Shown: piece by piece, positions 28,030-38,754 of the stretch | Layout: every line of letters begins with the position of its first letter | Numbering within the stretch: position 1 is the first letter of the stretch | Source: Candidatus Pseudoscillospira faecavium | GTDB taxonomy: Bacteria > Bacillota > Clostridia > Oscillospirales > Oscillospiraceae | DNA: 64,000 nt | Assembly (NCBI GenBank): GCA_904420565.1 | Contig: CAJFVV010000046.1 | Coordinates: 948-64,947, forward strand | Reading direction: 5' to 3' | The notes under the pieces: generated by a model | Databases searched by the model: none | The model's input: the letters and a program-made list of their open reading frames with translations, nothing else | Told to the model about the DNA's origin: nothing | Position numbers and translations under genes: made by a program

Positions 28030-29487
28030 TCAGAATTTCCAATACAGAAACGGATTGTAGCTATCGCCCACCAAAGACATGGTGGCCAGCAGCAAAAGCA
28101 CCACCGGTGCAGCAATCACCACAAGCCGGTAAAAGCTCCAGGCCGCAGCGCTGTGCTCACTGCGCCGATACAGCCATGCTCCCACACGAGGCACTACCGG
28201 CGTACACGCAACAGCGGAAAGAATCAAAATCGGCAGGTTTGTTTGGATCAATGTCATCACTTCAAAATTGGAGAACGGCACATCCGTTCCGCCGAACATA
28301 CCGGACAGGGCTGTGCTCAAGACGGAAAAATCCGTAAATTTAAACAGGACCCAGCCGAAATACACCACAACCAGGGCATAAATATGGCCGAACACCGACG
28401 GAAGATGTGCAAATGCGCCGCGCAAAAAGGCGCGCTCCAGCAGCAAAAACACAAAGAAATACAAACCCCAGAACATAAAGTTCCAGCTGGCGCCGTGCCA
28501 GAAGCCCGTCAGGAACCACACCACAAACAGGTTGAACACCACCCGGGGCGCACTGCAGCGGTTTCCGCCCAAGGGGATATACACATAATCCCGGAAGAAA
28601 CTGCTCAGGGAAATATGCCAGCGCCGCCAGAAATCCGTGATTGACACAGAAATATAGGGATAGTTGAAATTCTCCCGGTAGTGGAAGCCAATCATACGGC
28701 CCATACCGATGGCCATATCAGAATAAGCGGAAAAATCCAGATATATCTGAAGCATAAATGCCAGCACACCCACCCAAAGGGCCAAAACCGGCTGACCGGA
28801 AATCACCCCAAGGGCCTGGTTTGCCGCCACATTATCCGCCACCAGCAGTTGATCCGCCAAAGCACCGCATGCATTGGCCAGCACAGCCTTTTTGGCAAGG
28901 CCCACCGTAAAGCGCGTGACGCCATAAGAAATATCTGCCCGGGTTGCACGACGATGCAGCAATTCTTCATTGATATCTTTGTAGCGGACAATTGGGCCCG
29001 CGATACACTGATGGAACAAGCTGACATACAGCAGCAGCGTCGGGAAGCTTCTCTGTGCCTCCACTTCGCCGCGGTAGACATCAATCACATAGGACAAAAG
29101 CTGGAACGTATAAAATGAAATACCAATAGGCAGCGCAATCTGCAGAACATGATCCGGGAAACCAAACAAATTGTGCGTATTTTCCATGAAGAACGTGCCG
29201 TATTTAAAAATGCCCAGCATGCCCAAATTGACAATACAGGTCAACACTACGCCCTGTTTTGCCGCCCTGGACCTGGGCCGCTGCGCACCAATATATTGTG
29301 CCAGCAGCCAGTCTGCAAACGTCATGGCCAGCAGCAGAAATACATAGACCGGCTCTCCCCAGGCATAAAAAATCAGGGAGAATATCATCATTACCGTATT
29401 CTTTGCCCGCATGGAGGGCATCAAATGATAAAGAATCAGATTCAGTGGTAAAAATACATATAGAAACAACAGGCTGGAGAAAACCAT
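28030..29487 (-). CDS. MBOAT O-acyltransferase (AlgI/DltB-like)
   Basis: MVFSSLLFL, LPIGISFYTFQ, DFWRRWHISLSSFFRDYVYIPLGGNR, TGFWHGA, YNPFLY. Confidence 0.93.
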   Translation of the reverse strand: MVFSSLLFLYVFLPLNLILYHLMPSMRAKNTVMMIFSLIFYAWGEPVYVFLLLAMTFADWLLAQYIGAQRPRSRAAKQGVVLTCIVNLGMLGIFKYGTFFMENTHNLFGFPDHVLQIALPIGISFYTFQLLSYVIDVYRGEVEAQRSFPTLLLYVSLFHQCIAGPIVRYKDINEELLHRRATRADISYGVTRFTVGLAKKAVLANACGALADQLLVADNVAANQALGVISGQPVLALWVGVLAFMLQIYLDFSAYSDMAIGMGRMIGFHYRENFNYPYISVSITDFWRRWHISLSSFFRDYVYIPLGGNRCSAPRVVFNLFVVWFLTGFWHGASWNFMFWGLYFFVFLLLERAFLRGAFAHLPSVFGHIYALVVVYFGWVLFKFTDFSVLSTALSGMFGGTDVPFSNFEVMTLIQTNLPILILSAVACTPVVPRVGAWLYRRSEHSAAAWSFYRLVVIAAPVVLLLLATMSLVGDSYNPFLYWKF

Positions 29488-29746
29488 GAAATCTTTCCTC
29501 AATTCTATTCAAAAATTTGTTTTTGCACGGCTTTTCCCAAGCCGGCTTCTGCACAACTGAGCGCATACGAAAGACGGAGCCTGTGCGCCCCGCCTTTAAA
29601 ATACCGTGATCGCTGCCTTGCGAACTCATTGTCTGCCGGTCATGTTTCAAAGATGCATCATTTCCGACAGTTTTTTGCAATCAACTGCAACTTTTTGCAA
29701 AAGCTTATTTTTTCCGCATGCAATCTGCTTTTTTCTTTCCTCTCCT

Positions 29747-29775
29747 ATGATAAAAGGGAGATCCTAAAATGTCAA
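29747..29775 (-). promoter_or_regulatory. SigA-like promoter of the MBOAT-DHHW operon
   Basis: TTGACA-17-TATCAT on the minus strand, about 250 nt upstream of the ATG. Confidence 0.6.
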
Positions 29776-29910
29776 TGCGTGAAAGGGCTTTAAATTCCCT
29801 AAATTTTTTGAAATTTTCAGGCAAAGTGCAAGTTTTTTTCTTGACATTCGTGCTCAATCATATATAATAATATAGCTTGTAATTTCAAGTTTTTGCCCTT
29901 TGGGCAGAAA

Positions 29911-29960
29911 AATCCTTGCTCTCGCCAAAGGGCGAGGGCCACAAGACCAAAAGGAGGTGC
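29911..29960 (+). ncRNA. Probable S6:S18 ribosomal-protein leader upstream of rpsF
   Basis: UCCUUGCUC...GGGCCACAAGACCAAAAGGAGG can fold to sequester the RBS; TTGACA-16-TATAAT at 29841-29868. Confidence 0.6.
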
Positions 29961-29967
29961 ACAATAA

Positions 29968-30264
29968 ATGGCTAAGGTTTCTGCAAAGTACGAGGTTGTC
30001 TATATTGTCAACCCCACCAAGAGCGAAGAGGAAATCAAGGAACTCGTCGCAAAGTTCCAGTCTCTGGCTGAGCAGCATGCCAGCGCTGTTGAAGTCGAGG
30101 AGTGGGGCAAACGCAAGCTGGCTTACGAAATCGACGATCAGACAGAGGGCTACTATGTTCTGATGTCTTTCACCAGCGGCGCTGAATTCCCCGCAGAGCT
30201 GGACCGCGTGTTCGGTATCACCGACGGCATCATGCGTTCCATGATCGTCTGCAGAGGCGAATAA
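29968..30264 (+). CDS. rpsF: 30S ribosomal protein S6
   Basis: YEVVYIVNP, EEWGKRKLAYEI, GYYVLM. Confidence 0.97.
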   Translation: MAKVSAKYEVVYIVNPTKSEEEIKELVAKFQSLAEQHASAVEVEEWGKRKLAYEIDDQTEGYYVLMSFTSGAEFPAELDRVFGITDGIMRSMIVCRGE

Positions 30265-30277
30265 GGGAGGCATTGCT

Positions 30278-30754
30278 ATGCTCAATCGCATTATCATTAT
30301 GGGCCGCCTGACCCGGGATCCAGAACTGCGCAGAACGCAGAACGGCACCGCGGTCACATCCTTTACCCTTGCGGTCGACCGTGACTTCAAGAACAAGGAA
30401 ACCGGAGAAACCGCCTGCGATTTCATTGACTGTGTCGCATGGCGCTCTACAGCAGAATTTGTCAACAACTACTTCACCAAAGGCCGCATGGCCATTGTGG
30501 AAGGCAAGCTGCAGATTCGTCCCTGGAAGGATAAAGACGGCAACAACCGCCGCAGTGCGGAAGTTATTGTTGATACCATGTATTTCGGTGACAGCAAGCG
30601 CGACAGCGCAGCCCAGGGCGGCAGCAATTATGCGCCCGGCTACGGCGCTGATACCAGCTACAGTGCGCCGGCAAACAGCTACGGGTCACCCAGCAGCGCC
30701 GGCCCTTCCGAATTCGCTGAAATTGACGATGTGGACGGCGAACTGCCGTTCTGA
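30278..30754 (+). CDS. ssb: Single-stranded DNA-binding protein
   Basis: MLNRIIIMGRLTRDPELR; C-terminal DGELPF. Confidence 0.97.
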   Translation: MLNRIIIMGRLTRDPELRRTQNGTAVTSFTLAVDRDFKNKETGETACDFIDCVAWRSTAEFVNNYFTKGRMAIVEGKLQIRPWKDKDGNNRRSAEVIVDTMYFGDSKRDSAAQGGSNYAPGYGADTSYSAPANSYGSPSSAGPSEFAEIDDVDGELPF

Positions 30755-30778
30755 TTTCTATCAAAAGGAGGAACCTAA

Positions 30779-31024
30779 ATGGCTATGGAACGCGATAACA
30801 GAGGTCCTCGCACCCGCAAGCGCAGAAAGGTCTGCCAGTTTTGCGCAGACAAGTGCGAGTGGATCGATTACAAGGATGCAGCCAAACTGCACCGCTATAT
30901 CTCCGAGCGCGGCAAGATTCTGCCCCGCCGCACCACTGGCACCTGCGCCATGCATCAGCGCGAGCTGACCGTGGCAATCAAGCGTGCCCGTCAGATCGCT
31001 TTGCTGCCTTTCGTCAGCGACTGA
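30779..31024 (+). CDS. rpsR: 30S ribosomal protein S18
   Basis: [41 protein letters not shown]. Confidence 0.98.
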   Translation: MAMERDNRGPRTRKRRKVCQFCADKCEWIDYKDAAKLHRYISERGKILPRRTTGTCAMHQRELTVAIKRARQIALLPFVSD

Positions 31025-31050
31025 TTCTGACAGATTTGCAAATGCATATA

Positions 31051-31085
31051 AAATGGTCCTGCCCCTTCGGGCAGGACCATTTTTC
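31051..31085. terminator. Intrinsic terminator after rpsR
   Basis: AAATGGTCCTGCCC-CTTC-GGGCAGGACCATTTTT. Confidence 0.85.
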
Positions 31086-31125
31086 TTACTGCACAGATCC
31101 CCCGACAGCATCCAGCGCGCAGGGT

Positions 31126-31632
31126 TCACCCACAGCCGCAGCCGCATTCTCCGCGGAGCAAATCGAGCGAATCATCTTCTTCCACCCAACGTTTCACCGG
31201 CACAACCTCAAACTCCTCTTCTGTGCGGCGGATAATCACCTTTTCCAGTCCTGCATTGATAATGGTTCGCCGGCACATGGGGCAGGATGTTGCATCCGGA
31301 AGCAGTTCTCCTGTCCTGGCGTCCCTTCCGGCCAGGTACAGCGTCCCCCCCACCATATCCCGCCGAGCGGCGGAAATGATGGCATTGGCTTCCGCATGGA
31401 CGCTGCGGCAGAGTTCATAACGCTCCCCTCTGGGCACCTGCATCTGCTCACGGCTGCAATAGCCCAAATCCACGCAGTTTTTCCGTCCGCGGGGCGCCCC
31501 ATTGTAACCAGTGGCAATGATTTCATCATTTTTGACAATGATTGCACCGTAACACCGGCGCAGACAGGTCGCGCGTTTGAGCACTGTTTCGGCAATGTCC
31601 AAATAGTAATTTTCTTTGCTGATGCGCCTCAT
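31126..31632 (-). CDS. dCMP deaminase family protein
   Basis: RATCLRR, ATGYNGAP, SVHAEANAI, CPMC zinc ligands. Confidence 0.92.
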   Translation of the reverse strand: MRRISKENYYLDIAETVLKRATCLRRCYGAIIVKNDEIIATGYNGAPRGRKNCVDLGYCSREQMQVPRGERYELCRSVHAEANAIISAARRDMVGGTLYLAGRDARTGELLPDATSCPMCRRTIINAGLEKVIIRRTEEEFEVVPVKRWVEEDDSLDLLRGECGCGCG

Positions 31633-31757
31633 GCTGCTTCTCCTTCCCGTCATTTATGTCCAACAGTATACCTCTGCCCCGCTCAACACGCAAGGTCTTT
31701 TCCAAAAAAAGCGGTCAAAACGCCCCGGCAAATCAACCGGGGCGTTTTCCATGCTCT

Positions 31758-32639
31758 TCATTCCTGAATAATATCCTTTTTCGGCGGCCGCAGCATGGAA
31801 ACAGCTGTCAGTGCCATAATAATCAGCAAAATAACGCTCAACGCCGTGGCATCCAACGTCACGGTAAACGCAGTTCCCAAAAGCGCCCCCAACAGGCCGA
31901 AACTGGCACCAGCCAGTGCAATCTTCTGCTGATACATACCGCTGCGCATCACCCGGATACCGCCCACCATAGGGCTGATGACCCCCAGCACCAGCATCAG
32001 TGTCAGCGTGCTCATCGGCGACATACCCAACAGCAAAAACAGCGCAATGGCCGGCGGCTTCATCGGCACGCCGAACATATTGATAAACCCCAGGAAAAAT
32101 ACCACCGGCAGCGCAATTCCCAGCTGCCAGGATGTCAGGGAAGACGCTGTGCCGACCGTCCCTGCCGAAACCACCATTTTCAGCACCAGCGCTCCCATGG
32201 ACAGCAGCATGGCAATTCCCATGATTTTCCGAATGGTTTCCCCGCTCAGTGAGGTCATCACCCGGGCTCCTGCAAAGCTGCCCGCCGCAATGGCTGCCAT
32301 GCATAAAAACAGCGTTGCAAATCCCAGCGGTTCTCCATTGCGCAAATACGAAAAGGCAATCAATGCGCTGGGAAAAACCGCAGTAGCCACCAGTGTGCCC
32401 GGCAGATATTGATCCCGCACCCAGGAAAATTTTCGAAACAGCAGCGTATTCAAAATGAAATCCGGCACACCCATTGTGGTGAAAAAATATACAATGGATT
32501 CGCAGAGGGAAAGTTTCCAAAATGCGCCCTTTTCTTCCCGCATGGCTTCCTTTTTCTTCCATGCCTGGATACACAGGCACAGCGCATACCCCAGCCCATA
32601 AACCAGGATGACCATACCTAAAACCCTCTGTACGCCCAT
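31758..32639 (-). CDS. TauE/SafE (TSUP)-like membrane protein
   Basis: Multi-TM; YFFTTMGVPDF, LPGTLV, GSFAGARVM..LSGETIRKIMG patterns. Confidence 0.7.
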   Translation of the reverse strand: MGVQRVLGMVILVYGLGYALCLCIQAWKKKEAMREEKGAFWKLSLCESIVYFFTTMGVPDFILNTLLFRKFSWVRDQYLPGTLVATAVFPSALIAFSYLRNGEPLGFATLFLCMAAIAAGSFAGARVMTSLSGETIRKIMGIAMLLSMGALVLKMVVSAGTVGTASSLTSWQLGIALPVVFFLGFINMFGVPMKPPAIALFLLLGMSPMSTLTLMLVLGVISPMVGGIRVMRSGMYQQKIALAGASFGLLGALLGTAFTVTLDATALSVILLIIMALTAVSMLRPPKKDIIQE

Positions 32640-32766
32640 GTTTCGTCCTCTTTTCCTCATTTGATGTTTTTTTATGATACCGTAAACACCTGGAAAATGC
32701 AAGCTGCCGCCGCAAAAAAGGAAAACCGGCCGGAAGCCATAAGACTTCCGGCCAGCTGATTTCTCT

Positions 32767-33546
32767 TTAAAGCAGTGCGCTGCACTGCCGGTCCTGATGA
32801 TGCAGCTGCATCCGCACATATTCAGCCACCACCGCCAAAAATACGCCGTTGCTCGGGCTGCCGCTCTCCCGGCGCACGGTGTTGCGGAACAGTTCGCTTT
32901 GAAATTCTGTTGCATTTTTCGTCCATGCTTCCCGAATGGCATAACGCAGCGCATGCTCTATATAACCTGTATCGCGCCTGCCCTGCTGCAAAAACGGGCG
33001 ATACAACGCATGGTCAATCTGTCGGATCGCTTCAGGATTGCGCAGCAAGATCTGCACCATTGCCTGGGCCAAATCCGTTCCCGAAGAGGAAGGAGAAAGG
33101 CCCAGATCATAAAGCGTTTGGGCAATCAATCGCTTTGCCTGCAGTTCTCCGTTGTCTTCCGGCGGTATATCTGCCCCATAAGACACTGATGCACGGATCC
33201 GTCCCAGCAGCGCCGGTAAATCGCAGGGCTTTGGGATAAAATAAGCTGCCCCACGCTCCAATGCCTCGCGCACTACATCTCTTCTTGTCCATTGCGATAA
33301 AATCAATACTTGGGGTGCACACTGCTCTCTGCGCAAATGCTCCAACAATCCCATGCCTTCCAGCCCCGGCAAAATCAACTCCATGAGCACTACCTGCGGT
33401 TTCTTCTGCTGGGCCGCGTGCAGTGCTTCCATGCCATTTCCCACGGCGGCCAATATTTCAAAACCGCTCGTCTCCAAAAAATCCTTTAACAAAGCACGAT
33501 AATTCTCATCCGCATCCGCCAGCAGCAAACGGATTCTCTCTTCCAT
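32767..33546 (-). CDS. Spo0A-family paralogue with an atypical receiver domain
   Basis: Receiver fold plus a Spo0A C-terminal domain (LYRP..IEHALRYAIREAW..LFRNTV..PSNGVFLAVVAEYVR); the phospho-Asp position is Glu. Confidence 0.85.
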   Translation of the reverse strand: MEERIRLLLADADENYRALLKDFLETSGFEILAAVGNGMEALHAAQQKKPQVVLMELILPGLEGMGLLEHLRREQCAPQVLILSQWTRRDVVREALERGAAYFIPKPCDLPALLGRIRASVSYGADIPPEDNGELQAKRLIAQTLYDLGLSPSSSGTDLAQAMVQILLRNPEAIRQIDHALYRPFLQQGRRDTGYIEHALRYAIREAWTKNATEFQSELFRNTVRRESGSPSNGVFLAVVAEYVRMQLHHQDRQCSALL

Positions 33547-33661
33547 GACTCTGCTCTCCCCCGACCAAGGATTTGCATTTTGGTACAGTTTTCCTTATTT
33601 TAATATACTATATTTTATTGTGCAAGCAATCTGACAAAAAATTCCATAAATGGACAAAATT

Positions 33662-34321
33662 TCACAGATTCTGCATATCCCGGCGCCGGCGGACAGCATC
33701 TGCCAGAACAAGTTCTTTCACCTTCATCAGCCGCACAACATTGCCACGCTCATGCTCTTCCAATTTCATGGTGATCCTGCGGATCGCCGCCTTTGTTTCC
33801 GGAATGACAATATACTCCAGCGCATTCACCCGGCGGCGGGCAGACTCAATCTCCCGGGCCATCCCATGCAGGCGCTGCTCAGACTGCGCCAATTGCAGCA
33901 ATTGAGGCAGCAGCGCAGCAAGGCGCAAAAACGCCCGGTCCAACGCCGCATCCGTCTGAGCGCAGCCATAGGGCAGGCGCACCAGTGTCGGTGCAGCAAA
34001 GGATACTTCTGGCAAAGCGGCACCCAGGTGCCGCTGAACAGACACCGAAAGCACCGCGCTTTCGCGCGGGCCCAGCAGTGCAGCCGCCAGCACTTTGGGC
34101 GAACAGGCCGCCTCCGCCTCCTCCAGGGCGGCATACACCTCCGCCAGTTCCTGTTCCGCTGCGGCGCGCAAAGCCCGTGTACGCCGCACCTGCTCCATAA
34201 ACTGCCGCATCAATTCATCCCGCTTATCCTTGAGCAGCTTGTGCCCGCGCCGGGCGGTTTCCAGCCGTCCCTTGCTGCGCGTCAGCTCCATCCGGGTGGG
34301 ATTGATCAGTTTCTCTGCCAT
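33662..34321 (-). CDS. ntpD: V-type ATPase subunit D
   Basis: [37 protein letters not shown]. Confidence 0.93.
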   Translation of the reverse strand: MAEKLINPTRMELTRSKGRLETARRGHKLLKDKRDELMRQFMEQVRRTRALRAAAEQELAEVYAALEEAEAACSPKVLAAALLGPRESAVLSVSVQRHLGAALPEVSFAAPTLVRLPYGCAQTDAALDRAFLRLAALLPQLLQLAQSEQRLHGMAREIESARRRVNALEYIVIPETKAAIRRITMKLEEHERGNVVRLMKVKELVLADAVRRRRDMQNL

Positions 34322-35702
34322 GCTTTTGCTCCTTTCCCGGATAATACCGGTCAATATACGCCGGGCGCACACGTTTCAATTCCGACCTGGGCAAAATCGA
34401 CAACAGCTGCCAGCCCAAATCCAGCGTCTGCTCAATTGTGCGGTTTTCTTCACTCCCCTGGGCAATATACCGCTTCTCAAAGGCATCTGCAAAAGCGGCA
34501 TACAGCCGGTCTGTCTCAGAAAGTGCCTCTTCGCCCATCACCGCCGCCAGCTCCCGACTTTCTTTCCCCGCGGCATAAGCCGCAAAAATCTGATTCATGG
34601 TATCGGCGTGGTCTTCCCGTGTTTTTCCCGCGCCGATGCCCTTGTCCTTCAAACGGGACAGCGACGGGAGCACATCAATGGGCGGCAGAATTCCCCGGCG
34701 GTACAGCTCCCGGCTCAGAATAATCTGTCCCTCCGTGATATAACCTGTCAGATCCGGGATGGGGTGGGTCTTATCATCCTCCGGCATGGTAAGAATTGGC
34801 AGCATCGTCACTGAGCCTTTTTTGCCCACCTTGCGCCCCGCCCGCTCATACATCGTGGCAAGATCGGTGTATAGATAGCCCGGATAACCGCGCCGCCCCG
34901 GCACCTCCTTGCGCGCTGCAGACACTTCCCGCTGCGCTTCGGCATAATTGGTGATGTCTGTCAGGATAACCAGCACATGCATATCCCGCTCAAAAGCCAG
35001 ATATTCCGCCGCAGTCAAGGCCATGCGCGGTGCTGCAATGCGTTCCACCGCCGCCTCGTTTGCCAGATTGACAAACAGCACTGTGCGCTCCAGCGCCCCG
35101 GTGCGCTGGAAATCCTGAATGAAAAAATCCGCCTCCTCAAACGTGATGCCGATCGCCGCAAAAACGACAGCAAAATTTCCATCTTCCCCCAGCACCCGGG
35201 CCTGACGGGCAATCTGCGCTGCCAGCTGGGCATGCGGCAGCCCGGATCCGGAAAAAATAGGCAGCTTCTGCCCGCGCACCAGCGTATTGAGTCCATCAAT
35301 GGCAGAAATGCCTGTCTGAATAAACTCATCCGGGTAATCCCTGGCCGCCGGGTTCATCGCCCGGCCGTTGATATCGAGATATTGTTCACACAACAGCGGA
35401 GCACCACCGTCAATGGGCTGCCCCATACCGGAAAAAATCCGTCCCAACATGTCCGGTGAAACCCCAAGCTGCAGCGGATGGCCTAAAAAGCGAATGCCCG
35501 CGCTGTCCAGATGGATGCCGGCGGCATCCTCAAAAAGCTGCACCACCGCCCGAGCGCCGTCCACCTCCAGCACGCGGCACAGACGCCGCTCGCCGTTTTG
35601 CAGGCGAATCTCCGCCAATTCGTCAAAACCGACGCCTTCCACGCCGTCCACCACCATCAAAGGGCCGGAAATTTCCCGGATGGTATGATACTCCCGCATC
35701 AT
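34224..35702 (-). CDS. ntpB: V-type ATPase subunit B
   Basis: [59 protein letters not shown]. Confidence 0.96.
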   Translation of the reverse strand: MMREYHTIREISGPLMVVDGVEGVGFDELAEIRLQNGERRLCRVLEVDGARAVVQLFEDAAGIHLDSAGIRFLGHPLQLGVSPDMLGRIFSGMGQPIDGGAPLLCEQYLDINGRAMNPAARDYPDEFIQTGISAIDGLNTLVRGQKLPIFSGSGLPHAQLAAQIARQARVLGEDGNFAVVFAAIGITFEEADFFIQDFQRTGALERTVLFVNLANEAAVERIAAPRMALTAAEYLAFERDMHVLVILTDITNYAEAQREVSAARKEVPGRRGYPGYLYTDLATMYERAGRKVGKKGSVTMLPILTMPEDDKTHPIPDLTGYITEGQIILSRELYRRGILPPIDVLPSLSRLKDKGIGAGKTREDHADTMNQIFAAYAAGKESRELAAVMGEEALSETDRLYAAFADAFEKRYIAQGSEENRTIEQTLDLGWQLLSILPRSELKRVRPAYIDRYYPGKEQKHGRETDQSHPDGADAQQGTAGNRPARAQAAQG

Positions 35703-37474
35703 AGAGTCAGTTCCTCCTCCCGCGTCTGCTCTGCAATCTGCTGGCGCATCTGCCGCTCCAGCGCTGCATATTGCTGCGCCCATGTCTCTCCGGGCGCCAT
35801 TTTTGCCCGGGCCAGTGTCTCACGCACAGGCAGCGCAAACAGCGCTTGTGCCGCATTCCCCTGCTCAATCGCCGCGCGGCAGAGCGTGTCATAGCACAGA
35901 ATCAGCTCCAGCAGCCGCGCCTGCTGGGCCAGGGGCGTATAGGCATCCTCGGAGACAAATGCATTTTGCTGCAGAAAATCTTCCCGCAGCATTTTCGCCG
36001 TTTCCAGCGTCAGCCGGTCCGCGCCGGACAACGCATCCTGCCCCACCAGGCGCACAACCTCCTGCAGCGTATCCTCCTGCTGCAGCAGTTCCAGAGCACG
36101 CTGCCGCAGCGCTGGGAAATCGCCCTCCAAACGCTCCCGATACCACGGCTCCAGGGAGGACACATACAGGGAATAGGAGCGCAGCCAGTGGATTGCCGGA
36201 AAATGGCGCCGATAGGCAAGCTGGGCATCCAGAGACCAGAACACCTTGACAATCCGCATGGTGCCCTGCGCCACAGGCTCGCTCAGGTCGCCGCCGGGCG
36301 GCGATACCGCTCCCACTGCCGTCAGACTGCCCCGCCGCGGTACAGCGCCCAGGGTTTCCACCACGCCGGCACGCTCATAAAACTGCGCAAGGCGGGAGGA
36401 AAGATAGGCCGGATATCCCTCCTCACCAGGCATTTCCTCCAGCCGGCCGGACATTTCCCGCAGTGCCTCTGCCCAGCGGGAAGTGGAATCTGCAATCACC
36501 GCCACATCGTAGCCCATATCCCGAAAATACTCGGCAATGGTAATGCCGGTGTAAACGCTGGCCTCCCGTGCGGCCACCGGCATATCGGAAGTATTGGCAA
36601 TCAGCACCGTACGCTCCATCAGGCTGCGCCCCGTGCGCGGGTCGGTCAGAGCCGGAAACTCCCGCAGCACATCCGTCATCTCATTGCCGCGCTCCCCGCA
36701 GCCGATGTAAACCACAATATCCACATCTGCCCATTTGGCAATCTGATGCTGCACCACGGTCTTTCCCGAACCAAAAGGTCCCGGCACCGCCGCAGTGCCG
36801 CCCTTGGCAATGGGAAACAGCGTATCGATGATGCGCTGCCCCGTGGCCAGCGGAGCGCGGGGCGCAAGTTTCCTGCGATAGGGGCGGCCGCGGCGCACAG
36901 GCCAGCGCTGCAGCATAGACAGCGTTTTTTCCTCCGTTCCCGTATCAATCACAGCAATGGTATCCTCCACTGTATATTCGCCTTCCGCCGCGATGGTTTC
37001 CACCGTCCCTGCCACGCCGGCAGGCGCCAGAATCCGATGCTCCACCGCAGCCGTTTCCTGCACAGTGCCAAGCACATCGCCGCTTTCCACGCGTGCTCCC
37101 TTTTGCACAGCGGGCTGAAATTTCCATTTTTTGTCCCGCGGCAGCGCTGCTGCGGAAACACCGCGCTCTAAATTGCTCCCTGTTTGTTCCATCAGCGCCA
37201 GCAGCGGGCGCTGGATTCCATCGTAAATCGTGCCGATCATACCCGGCCCCAGCTCCGCAGAAAGCGGCGCTCCTGTTGTGCGTACCGGTGCGCCGGGCGT
37301 CAGGCCGCCCGTTTCCTCATAGACCTGGATGGAAGCCCGGTCGCCGGTCATGTTCAAAATCTCTCCGATCAGCCCGGCTTCCCCCACCTGGACCACATCT
37401 GCCATTCCCGCTTCCGTCATCCCCTCCGCCACAACCAGAGGGCCTGCTACCTTCACAATCGTTCCCTGCCTCAC
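35699..37474 (-). CDS. ntpA: V-type ATPase subunit A
   Basis: P-loop [40 protein letters not shown]. Confidence 0.97.
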   Translation of the reverse strand: MRQGTIVKVAGPLVVAEGMTEAGMADVVQVGEAGLIGEILNMTGDRASIQVYEETGGLTPGAPVRTTGAPLSAELGPGMIGTIYDGIQRPLLALMEQTGSNLERGVSAAALPRDKKWKFQPAVQKGARVESGDVLGTVQETAAVEHRILAPAGVAGTVETIAAEGEYTVEDTIAVIDTGTEEKTLSMLQRWPVRRGRPYRRKLAPRAPLATGQRIIDTLFPIAKGGTAAVPGPFGSGKTVVQHQIAKWADVDIVVYIGCGERGNEMTDVLREFPALTDPRTGRSLMERTVLIANTSDMPVAAREASVYTGITIAEYFRDMGYDVAVIADSTSRWAEALREMSGRLEEMPGEEGYPAYLSSRLAQFYERAGVVETLGAVPRRGSLTAVGAVSPPGGDLSEPVAQGTMRIVKVFWSLDAQLAYRRHFPAIHWLRSYSLYVSSLEPWYRERLEGDFPALRQRALELLQQEDTLQEVVRLVGQDALSGADRLTLETAKMLREDFLQQNAFVSEDAYTPLAQQARLLELILCYDTLCRAAIEQGNAAQALFALPVRETLARAKMAPGETWAQQYAALERQMRQQIAEQTREEELTL

Positions 37475-37499
37475 GGCTCGTTCCTCCTATGATCTCGCC

Positions 37500-37811
37500 T
37501 CATGTCATCTGCATTCCTATTGCCCGCTGCACCGCGGCGTCCAGGGCATCGGCGGCATAACCTGCGCCGCCGCTGCGCCCCGGCAGCAAGACGATCAGGG
37601 GCCGCTTTTCCGGCGGACATGCCCCGATCTGCCCGCGCAGCACCGGAAACCATTCTTCCATCAAAAAAAGCACGCCATACTCCTGCTGTTTCAGTATCGT
37701 CTCAAACGCCGCGCGCGCTTGCGTCTCGGTTTCCGCAAATATCGCCTCCACCCCCAGGGCATAAAACAACGCAGCGTCTTCCCGCCGGCCCAGGATTCCT
37801 GCTTTAGCCAT
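37500..37811 (-). CDS. V-type ATPase subunit F (divergent)
   Basis: Size and position; GILG..FYALG, LIVLLPG, VQRAIG motifs. Confidence 0.8.
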   Translation of the reverse strand: MAKAGILGRREDAALFYALGVEAIFAETETQARAAFETILKQQEYGVLFLMEEWFPVLRGQIGACPPEKRPLIVLLPGRSGGAGYAADALDAAVQRAIGMQMT

Positions 37812-38754
37812 AGCACTCCTCCACTTCTGTTCTGAGGGCTGCGCCGCGCCCGCTGCGCTTTTGCAGCGTCAGGCGCACAGCGGCCTGCCGCAATTCCAGC
37901 CGCAGCAAAAAGCTCAGCAGCACCGGGGCGCCCCAAGCTGCCGCATCACAGCGTGCCGCAAAGGCCCCCAGCACCCGCTTTGCGGCACGCTCTGCCTGTT
38001 CCGGCGCACCGCTTTCCGCCGCGGCGCGCAGCGCCGGCTGCGCAAACGCCGCCGCCAAATTGCCCGCACCGCGGCATTCCATCAGCCGGCCAACGCTGCT
38101 GCCTCCTCCTTCAAAAAGCAGCTCTGCCACAGCCTCCGGCTGCGCCTGCTGCATGCGCAGGAGCGTCTGTAAATTGACACCGTCAATCCACAAGCGCACA
38201 TAATCCACAGCCGCACCGCTGCCGCCCTTTTGCGCCGCCTGTCTGCAGGCCGCAAACAGGGCCCGTTCCAGCGCCAAATCCAGCAGCTGCGCACTGCGGC
38301 TTTCCATCCATGCCCGCCGAGCCGCCTGCACGCCCTCTCTCAGCCAGGCCGGCAGTGCTGCGCTCTTTTCTTCCTCTATGGCCGCTTTCATCTCCTCCGC
38401 CGCCACGCTTGCACAGGGCGAGAGCAGTGCTTCCGTTTCCTGCCCGCTCAGGCTGCCTTTCAGCAGCACTTTTGCATTGTGGCAATCGTAAGGAAAACGG
38501 AATAAATCCACCACAGCCCTGCTTTCACCCACGGACAGCGTTTCAAACAGCCGGGCCTTTGCCATTTCCAACTCCCCATTCGGATCCGTCCCCTCCTGCG
38601 GAAGCACACCGCCAGTGCGGGCAAGCCGCTCCGCTTCTTCAGGCGTCGCTGCCTCGGCCATGTGCACAATCACTTCCCAGGGCAGCACCGTCCGCTGCAA
38701 AACGCGGATACGGCCGCTCAAATACAGATAAATATGATCACTATCCTTCATCAT
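37804..38754 (-). CDS. V-type ATPase subunit C (divergent)
   Basis: YLYLSGRIRVL, YDCHNAKVLLK, WIDGVNL; operon position. Confidence 0.8.
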   Translation of the reverse strand: MMKDSDHIYLYLSGRIRVLQRTVLPWEVIVHMAEAATPEEAERLARTGGVLPQEGTDPNGELEMAKARLFETLSVGESRAVVDLFRFPYDCHNAKVLLKGSLSGQETEALLSPCASVAAEEMKAAIEEEKSAALPAWLREGVQAARRAWMESRSAQLLDLALERALFAACRQAAQKGGSGAAVDYVRLWIDGVNLQTLLRMQQAQPEAVAELLFEGGGSSVGRLMECRGAGNLAAAFAQPALRAAAESGAPEQAERAAKRVLGAFAARCDAAAWGAPVLLSFLLRLELRQAAVRLTLQKRSGRGAALRTEVEECYG

